The notes below the pieces were generated by a model. The model worked only from the letters and a program-made list of their open reading frames with translations. It searched no databases and had not been told where the DNA came from. The translations under genes and the position numbers were made by a program. A stretch of DNA of 64,000 nucleotides from Octopus bimaculoides (lineage: Eukaryota): positions 50,591,420 to 50,655,419 of the forward strand of contig NC_068996.1 in assembly GCF_001194135.2 (NCBI RefSeq), written 5' to 3'. Shown here piece after piece: positions 63,590-64,000 of the stretch. Position 1 is the stretch's first letter, and each line of letters opens with the position of its first letter.

Positions 63590-64000
63590 AGGATTTTTTA
63601 TTTACCAACAGTCTAATATGTTGTGAGTATATCAATAACGAGTCGTGTTCCATTGCAAAGTCTTGGTGGTTCCAGATTGCGGAGCAGCATAACAGGCGTT
63701 CCAACTTTAAGTGATAATATGTGGGGAGGTAGTCCTGGAGGCTCCAACGAATTGAGAAATTCAGGAGGATAGTTCACCACTTCATTTGTATCTGGAACTG
63801 TATCAACAGACTTGTAAGTTTGAAGATTGCCGGGAAGAGAATGCATCAGGTGTTGATTAATTTTTGTAACAGCTACGTTTTTTGGAGCTAATATTGCTCT
63901 TTCACATAGCCAATTGTGATTTTGGTAGTTTTGTTTAAAGTTGGGAAAGACTTTGTGTTTGAGGTCATCTACAGAATTAACAACAGAACAAAATGGCCAT
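63590..64000 (-). mobile_element. Helitron PIF1-like helicase fragment (runs off the window)
   Basis: ERAILAPKN and YPPEFLNSLEPPGLPPHILSLKVGTPVMLLRNLEPPRLCNGTRL. Confidence 0.9.

Overview
AT-rich, repeat-dense animal genomic DNA from a gapped draft assembly. The SINE/LINE content looks cephalopod (octopus-like); the species is an inference. One clearly recognisable protein gene is present: cytosolic malate dehydrogenase MDH1 on the + strand, with coding exons 2-8 at 15402-30971 and canonical GT-AG sites. The ATG-bearing first exon was not located. Its stop codon is TGA-CTG followed by an in-frame 7-codon extension ending in -PKL*, which looks like a hidden readthrough-dependent peroxisomal targeting signal, analogous to vertebrate MDH1x. 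Most of the rest is transposon-derived: RTE, Tx1/L1-like and R4/Dong-like LINE fragments, several SINE families, two mariners, piggyBac-, hAT- and Merlin-like MITEs (some carrying telomeric CCCTAA repeats), a Helitron fragment, and Penelope-like pieces with hammerhead ribozyme cores (one fully paired). Two CpG-rich promoter-like islands (CArG/E-box/CCAAT/TATA at ~37.6 kb; RFX X-box at ~54.85 kb) point to additional, unidentified transcription units.
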